From assembly GCA_022729915.1 (NCBI GenBank), contig DZBP01000004.1:1-50922 (forward strand): 50,922 nt of DNA, read 5' to 3'. Shown in pieces: positions 47,763-50,922 of the stretch. Made by a program: the position numbers and the translations under genes. Under the pieces are notes generated by a model that had not been told where the DNA came from, ran no database searches, and saw only the letters and a list, made by a program, of their open reading frames with translations. This DNA comes from Draconibacterium orientale (lineage in GTDB: Bacteria; Bacteroidota; Bacteroidia; Bacteroidales; JAIFNL01). The first letter of the stretch is position 1. Each line of letters starts with the position of its first letter.

Positions 47763-50222
47763 ATGGCAAAAAAATTAATTTTACTGGTAGTTACAATTTT
47801 TACCACCACATTATTATTTTCACAAAAAATTGAGATTAATTATTCAAGTCCCCAAGAGTACGAAATCGGCGGCATCAATGTGAAAGGTATAAAATACTTA
47901 AACACAGAGGTTTTAGTACAACTTTCGGGTTTAAAAGTAGGCGATAAAATAGAAGTTCCGGGAGAGCGATTTTCTAATTCGATTGACAAACTTTGGCGAC
48001 ATGGTCTGTTTTCGGATGTTAAAATTTTAGCTGATAGTGCACGCGATGGTAAACTTTATATTACATTTGAGCTTTTAGAGCGTCCACGAGTATCAAATGT
48101 GTTTGTAACGGGGTTAAACAAAACCGAACGCGAAGATATTGAAGAAATGATAGAGCTTAAACGCGGAGGTCAAGCAACGGACAACTTAATAAACAATACC
48201 AAAATACAAATAAAGAAGCATTTTGCAGAAAAAGCCTATTTCAATACGCAAGTAGATGTAAGTTTGAAAAATGATACCAATATTTTAAATGCCGTAATTG
48301 CTTACGTGCATGTGGATAAAAACAAAAAAATAAAGGTAAATTCGCTAGTTTTTGAAGGTAATGAAGTATTGAGCGACAAAAAACTCAATAAAGCCATGAA
48401 AAAAACAAACGATAAAAACATTAAAAATTTCTTTAGAACAAAGAAATATAAAGAAGAAGAATTTATAGCAGATAAGCAAGCCCTTATAGAAAAATACAAC
48501 GAAAAGGGTTATAGAGATGCCAAAATAGTTTACGATACTGTTTATGCAAACGATGATAAATCATTTAATATTAATATAAAAATAGAAGAAGGGAAACCGT
48601 ATTTTTTTAGAAATATTAGCTGGGTAGGAAATACAAAATACAGCAGTTACCAATTAAGTCGCATTTTGAATGTAAAAAAAGGCGACCCTTACGATGAAAA
48701 TCTTCTTAATGAGCGTATTTCGAGTGATGAAGATGCAGTGAGCAATCTTTACCTCGACGATGGATATTTGTTCTTTCAAATTCAACCCATTGAGTTAAAA
48801 GTAGAAAATGACTCAATCGACCTCGAAATGCGTGTTTATGAAGGCAGACAAGCCACTATAAAAAATGTAACCGTAAGCGGAAATACCAAAACTAACGACC
48901 ACGTGATCATGCGTGAGGTGTATTCGCGTCCGGGTGAGCTGTTCAAAAAGTCGGATATTGTACGTACCATTCGTGAGTTGGCGCAATTAGGACATTTTGA
49001 CCCTGAAAAGCTTAATGTAAATCCGGTTCCAGACCAAGCCAACGGAACTGTTGATTTGGACTACACAGTGGAAGAACGAGCAAACGACCAAATTGAAATT
49101 TCGGGTGGTTGGGGTGCTAATATGATAATTGGAACTATTGGATTGAAATTCAACAACTTTGCAATTAATGACGTATTTAAAAAAGATGCTTGGCGACCTG
49201 TTCCTTCAGGCGATGGACAGCAATTGAGTTTGCGTGTTCAATCCAATGGAACTCGTTATCAATCGTATAGCCTTTCTTTCACTGAGCCTTGGTTGGGTGG
49301 AAAAAAAGCAAATTCTCTTTCAGTTAGTCTTTACAAAACAGTACAAAGTAATGGTTATCAAAAAGATGATTCTAGAAGAGCTGATATGGCAATTGCCGGT
49401 GCCGCACTTGGTTTAGGTAAACGCCTAAAATGGCCCGATGACTACTTTACAATTTATAATGAGCTTAGTTACCAACAATATAACATGAATGAATGGCCTT
49501 ATTTCTTGATGAAAAATGGTATTTCAAACAACTTAAGTTACAAATTTGTTTTTGGACGTAACTCTGTCGATAGCCCACTTTTTCCACGTAGAGGTTCTAA
49601 CATTTCGGTTAGTTTGCAAGCAACTCCGCCCTATTCACTTCTTCGCACCGAAACAAATTACTCAGACTGGGAAGAAGAAGAAAAATACAAATGGATAGAA
49701 TATCACAAATGGACATTCAAATCGGAATGGATAACTAAATTACTTGCTACCAAAGATTTAGTTCTTTACACACGTTACGAACTAGGCTTTTTGGGTTATT
49801 ACAACAAAGACCTACGTTCTCCTTTTGAACAATACCAAGTGGGTGGCGACGGAATGTCGGGTTACAATATGTATGGTTCTGATATTGTTTCACTTAGAGG
49901 TTATGAAAACTATTCGTTAACTCCAGCCGAAGGTGGAAATATTTACAGCCGTTTTACAATGGAATTGCGTTATCCGGTATCTTTAAATCCTCAAGCAACA
50001 ATTTATGCACTCACTTTTATTGAAGCAGGTAACGCTTGGTACAATTTTAAGGATTTTAATCCGTTTAATTTGAACCGCTCTGCTGGAGTAGGTGTACGAA
50101 TTTTCTTACCTATGCTTGGCTTGTTAGGAATTGATTGGGGTTATGGTTTTGACCCGATTCCAGGGAAAGCTAACGATAGTGGGGGAGGTCAATTTCACTT
50201 CGTAATGGGACAACAATTTTAA
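47763..50222 (+). CDS. bamA: Outer membrane protein assembly factor BamA
   Basis: POTRA repeats (GNTKTNDHVIMRE), LRGY loop-6 motif, RSAGVGVR, C-terminal GQQF; start at MAKK (alternative 47730). Confidence 0.97.
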   Translation: MAKKLILLVVTIFTTTLLFSQKIEINYSSPQEYEIGGINVKGIKYLNTEVLVQLSGLKVGDKIEVPGERFSNSIDKLWRHGLFSDVKILADSARDGKLYITFELLERPRVSNVFVTGLNKTEREDIEEMIELKRGGQATDNLINNTKIQIKKHFAEKAYFNTQVDVSLKNDTNILNAVIAYVHVDKNKKIKVNSLVFEGNEVLSDKKLNKAMKKTNDKNIKNFFRTKKYKEEEFIADKQALIEKYNEKGYRDAKIVYDTVYANDDKSFNINIKIEEGKPYFFRNISWVGNTKYSSYQLSRILNVKKGDPYDENLLNERISSDEDAVSNLYLDDGYLFFQIQPIELKVENDSIDLEMRVYEGRQATIKNVTVSGNTKTNDHVIMREVYSRPGELFKKSDIVRTIRELAQLGHFDPEKLNVNPVPDQANGTVDLDYTVEERANDQIEISGGWGANMIIGTIGLKFNNFAINDVFKKDAWRPVPSGDGQQLSLRVQSNGTRYQSYSLSFTEPWLGGKKANSLSVSLYKTVQSNGYQKDDSRRADMAIAGAALGLGKRLKWPDDYFTIYNELSYQQYNMNEWPYFLMKNGISNNLSYKFVFGRNSVDSPLFPRRGSNISVSLQATPPYSLLRTETNYSDWEEEEKYKWIEYHKWTFKSEWITKLLATKDLVLYTRYELGFLGYYNKDLRSPFEQYQVGGDGMSGYNMYGSDIVSLRGYENYSLTPAEGGNIYSRFTMELRYPVSLNPQATIYALTFIEAGNAWYNFKDFNPFNLNRSAGVGVRIFLPMLGLLGIDWGYGFDPIPGKANDSGGGQFHFVMGQQF

Positions 50223-50333
50223 GCACTAGTGTTTTTTTTTGGAACAAGCATTTTAACCAAATAAATTTGAAGCACTTGCTAAAATATACATTTAATAGGT
50301 TTCACTTCAAAGGAGAACCCAAAATAAAAAAAG

Positions 50334-50370
50334 ATAAAAATGGAAGAAACAGAATTTCTACCATTTTTAT
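50334..50370 (+). other. Intergenic hairpin between bamA and skp
   Basis: ATAAAAATGG-A-AGAAA..TTTCT-A-CCATTTTTAT. Confidence 0.45.
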
Positions 50371-50406
50371 ATTAAATTTTACAACTAAACAATTGAAATT
50401 AAAGTT

Positions 50407-50919
50407 ATGAAAAAAACGATTCTTACTTTGTTTGTGCTTTTTTCAATAATTGCAGTTCAAGCACAAAAATTTGCCTATGTAGATACCGAATATATTTTGA
50501 AAAATATTCCGAACTACGAAACCGCTCAACAACAACTCGACGATATGTCGAAAAAATGGCAAAGCGAAATAGAAGATATTTATGCTGAGGTTGAAAAAAT
50601 GTATAAAGGCTATCAAGCTGAATCTGTTTTGCTTACTGATGAGCAAAAAAGAAAAAAAGAAGACGAGATTATTGAAAAAGAAAATCAAGCTAAAGCGTTA
50701 CAAAAAAAATACTTTGCTCGCGATGGAATGCTTTTCAACAAACGTCAAGAACTTGTAAAACCTATTCAAGATGAAGTATTTAATGCAATAAAAGAATTAG
50801 CCGTTGAAGGAAGCTATGCTTTTATTTTTGATGTTGCAGGCAGCGTTTCTATTCTTTATACTAACCCAAAATACGATTTGAGCGACCAAATTTTAGAAAA
50901 ATTAGGATACAAGAATTAA
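50407..50919 (+). CDS. skp: OmpH/Skp periplasmic chaperone
   Basis: QKFAYVDTEYIL, coiled coil, LVKPIQD, YDLSDQIL; follows bamA. Confidence 0.95.
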   Translation: MKKTILTLFVLFSIIAVQAQKFAYVDTEYILKNIPNYETAQQQLDDMSKKWQSEIEDIYAEVEKMYKGYQAESVLLTDEQKRKKEDEIIEKENQAKALQKKYFARDGMLFNKRQELVKPIQDEVFNAIKELAVEGSYAFIFDVAGSVSILYTNPKYDLSDQILEKLGYKN

Positions 50920-50922
50920 TTA

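Noticed and set aside
79-50688. Numerous short ORFs (60-147 aa) in the track that overlap recognised genes on the opposite strand or in another frame
   Set aside because: Shadow ORFs with no motifs, lying within well-supported CDSs; those at 8373-8827 and 29768-31237 mirror low-complexity or repeat coding sequence.

Overview
AT-rich chromosomal window from a Bacteroidota bacterium. The phylum call rests on the moxR-DUF58-batABCDE operon, a PorV-type and a PorE-like protein, TAnnTTTG/TTTG promoters and bamA-skp. About 40 CDSs are supported. Most are housekeeping or envelope genes: pyk, yggS, tilS, recR, pssA, aroA, rpiB, bamA, skp, MscS and two GT2s. No rRNA, tRNA, CRISPR array or transposase/integrase was seen. 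Four accessory areas stand out. (1) At 36.3-42.9 kb a TonB-dependent receptor, a stand-alone ModE-type wHTH regulator, a protein with only the TiaS-like kinase domain (IGIDDTD), an overlapping ECF S-component-like membrane protein and a surface lipoprotein sit together. This is my best candidate for an undescribed cofactor/metabolite uptake-and-activation system. (2) At 25.2-31.3 kb there is a secreted MORN-repeat caspase-like protease, a secreted papain-like protease with a DUF4384-like domain, a MITE-like inverted-repeat element between them, and two tandem paralogues of unknown function. (3) The bat operon is interrupted by NlpC/P60 and DEDDh exonuclease genes, and its BatC carries Ca-binding-like repeats. 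(4) An uncharacterised secreted + membrane protein pair lies divergent from bamA. All family calls come from motifs recognised by eye; no database search was run.
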